Below, piece after piece: positions 61,751 to 64,000 of a DNA stretch of 64,000 nucleotides; position 1 is the stretch's first letter; each line of letters opens with the position of its first letter. The notes under the pieces are model-generated. The model was given only the letters and a program-made list of their open reading frames with translations, made no database searches and was not told the DNA's origin. Source of the DNA: Squalus acanthias (lineage: Eukaryota). Location of the stretch: the NCBI GenBank assembly GCA_030390025.1, contig CM059426.1:109120001-109184000 (forward strand). Direction: 5' to 3'. The position numbers and the translations under genes are program-made.

Positions 61751-62842
61751 ATAGAATATAAGAGCAGGGAGGTTATGATGGAGCTGTACAAAACGCTAGT
61801 TAGGCCACAGCTGGAATACTGTGTGCAGTTCTGGTCGCCACACTATAGGAAGGATGTGATTGCATTGGAGAGGGTGCAGAGGAGATTCACCAGGATGTTA
61901 TCTGGGCTGGAGCGCTTCAGCTATGAAGAGAGACTGGACAGGCTGGGGTTGTTTTCCTTAGAGCAGAGAAGGCTGAGGGGGGACCTGATTGAGGTGTACA
62001 AAATTATGAGGGGCATAGATAGGGTAGATAGAAAGGAACTTTTCCCCTTAGTAGAGGGATCAATAACCAGGGGGCATAGTTTCAAGGTAAGGGGCAGGAG
62101 GTTTAGAGTGGATTTGAGGAAAAACTTTTTCACCCAGAGGGTGGTTGGAATCTGGAACTCACTGCCTGAAAGGGTGGTAGAGGCAGGAACCCTCACAACA
62201 TTCAAGAAGCATTTAGATGAGTACTTGAAATGCCATAGCATACAAGGCTATGGACCAAGTGCTGGAAAATGGGATTAGAATAGACAGGGCTTGATGGCCG
62301 GCGCGGACACGATGGGCCGAAGGGCCTCTTTCTGTGCTGTATAAATCTATGACTATGACTCTAAGATGAGAATTTTATGCCACTCTTCAAGCTTATTAGA
62401 GGGAGGTATCTTATTTATAAAGTGGAGTTGGGAGACTGATGTTAGATAACTGGTACTGCATAGAGTGGAGGTTACGTATTCTACTTGTAATGCTTTGATC
62501 ATTCTCCCACCAGTAAGTGGAGTTGGAGACTGACTACAGCATCTGATGGAATTGGCAAGTACAATATCCACAACATCCACTCTCGACAGTGCCAGTTTCC
62601 TGTTCCACTTTATCCAGTGCCCTTATTTTTGGCTGGAAAGTAGAATGGTGATTTGATATGCAGCTTCTCTTATAGTAGAGAATGTACAGTAACTGGAGTC
62701 TTTTTTTTAAAAAAAAAAAGAATTTTTTTTAAAATCCTGTTGTTTATAGTTCTTTACACTATCTAGCATATGACTAATCGTAACAGCGAGGAAACATTCT
62801 GTGTGACGCTTCTCAAACTATTTTATTTTAAACACTCTATAG

Positions 62843-63050
62843 AATACTGTTGCAGAGGCATCTGTTCAGTTGCCGCCATCCTTGTTTGCCCACAATTCTG
62901 TACCAACCCAGATGGACGATGCAGTCTACAAGTTGCAGCTTATTGCTTTCCGGAATGGCAAACTTTTTCCAAGCACGGGGAATTCTACAAATTTGGCAGA
63001 CGATGGAAAGAGACGGACTGTGGCCTCTCCAGTCATCTATACTAAGATAG
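62843..63050 (+). CDS. ADGRA3: ADGRA3 coding exon (GAIN region); gene continues beyond the window
   Basis: 208-nt exon, ctatag|...|gtagga. Encodes NTVAEASVQLPPSLFAHNSVPTQMDDAVYKLQLIAFRNGKLFPSTGNSTNLADDGKRRTVASPVIYTKI, including the FRNGKLF motif. Confidence 0.93.
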
Positions 63051-63559
63051 GTAGGAATCTGGGAGTGTGCAGTCAAAATGTCTAAGTGCCATTTCTTAAT
63101 TTTTGAAAATAAAGCATTGGAGGAGGAGACGGAAGAGACTTCATTCACAGCATTGTTTGTACTTGCACTTTTTTTTAAATTACCTTTTAGCGTAGATATC
63201 TTGCAGTTATTTTACTAAGATTTAAATTGAAAAGTTTGCAATAATGGATCTTCAGATGGAAGTACAGGCGACACAGACACTAGTACAATGGCTCACTGCC
63301 ACCTTACTGATTCTGGTTACCTTAGTTTCTGCCCAAGCAGTTTCAATTTATAGTCTTGATATTAGAAAGCAATCTAGCTGGTTATAGTGTGTGAGCAGTT
63401 CAAAACAGCATTTTCTAAAATGGTTTATGTTCCTAAAGTGATGTCTTTTTCTCTCTCACTGATGAATGCGGAGAAAAAAATTCTGTACTTTTTGTTTTGA
63501 TCTTCATCTTCTGTTCTGTAATTGGTCACTTGTTGTGTATGGCTCCACCTATACTGCTT

Positions 63560-63950
63560 TAATTCGTTCCTGAGATATGGGCGTCCCTGGCAAGGCCAGC
63601 ATTTATTGCCCAGCCCTAATTGCTATCGAGAAGATGGTGGTGAGCCGCTGCCTTGAACTGCTGCAGTCCATGTGGTGAAGTTACTCCCACAGAGCTGTTA
63701 GGGAGGGAGTTGTAAGATTTTGACCCAGCGACGATGAAGGAAAGGCGATATATTTCCAATTCAGGATGGTGTGTAACTTGGAGGGGAACTTGCAGGTGGT
63801 GGTGTTCCCATGAACCTGCTGCCCTTGTCCTTCTAGGTGGTAGAGGTCGTGGGTTTGGGAGGTGCTGTCGAAGAAGCCTTGGCAAGTTGCTGCAGTGCAT
63901 CTTGTAGATAGTACACACTGCAGACACGGTGCGCCAGTGGTGGAGGGAGT
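63560..63950 (-). mobile_element. 3' end of a further non-LTR retrotransposon (clade uncertain); a second terminus starts near 63965
   Basis: Minus-strand peptide SFIVAGSKSYNSLPNS...FKAAAHHHLL resembles a LINE ORF2 C-terminus. The motif ctggcaaggccagcat occurs near 63587 and again at 63985-64000. Confidence 0.65.
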
Positions 63951-64000
63951 TTTTTTAAAATTTGTTTATGGGATGTGGACGTCGCTGGCAAGGCCAGCAT

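Larger units (their letters stand above)
58923..62358 (+). mobile_element. Long CR1 LINE: ORF1 esterase C-terminus, APE endonuclease, RT and 3' tail; frameshifted; hosts fold-back copy 4
   Basis: DRLHLNRNGTNILAGRF (SGNH DxxH), [38 protein letters not shown]; ends in a (ctatga)n tail. Confidence 0.95.

Overview
Eukaryotic, repeat-rich vertebrate genomic DNA. The repeat families (HE1/V-SINE-like, DeuSINE-like, abundant CR1 and L2 LINEs) point to a cartilaginous fish (shark/ray); the species cannot be determined from the window. The window is the interior of one + strand gene, the adhesion GPCR ADGRA3 (GPR125). Eleven GT-AG coding exons (28589-63050) splice in frame and encode LRRs, LRRCT, the Ig domain, the hormone-binding domain and part of the GAIN region. 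The 5' exons and the 7TM exons were not found. Introns hold nested CR1, L2, SINEs, PIF/Harbinger derivatives and MITEs. The most striking signal is a family of ~175-245 bp fold-back insertions (5303, 9437, 14363, 61539, plus a one-armed copy at 9752). The four fold-back copies have near-perfect 69-104 bp inverted arms, a 31-41 nt one-sided tail and 12-15 bp target-site duplications. The family carries a minimal type I hammerhead ribozyme motif with compensatory base changes between copies, typical of Penelope-like element pseudo-LTRs. Four of the five copies sit in the same ~110-nt segment of CR1 ORF2, in three different CR1 copies and in the same orientation. A second, sequence-unrelated hammerhead-bearing Penelope-like terminus lies at 55328-55465. 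All assignments come from reading the sequence and recalled family knowledge; no searches were run.
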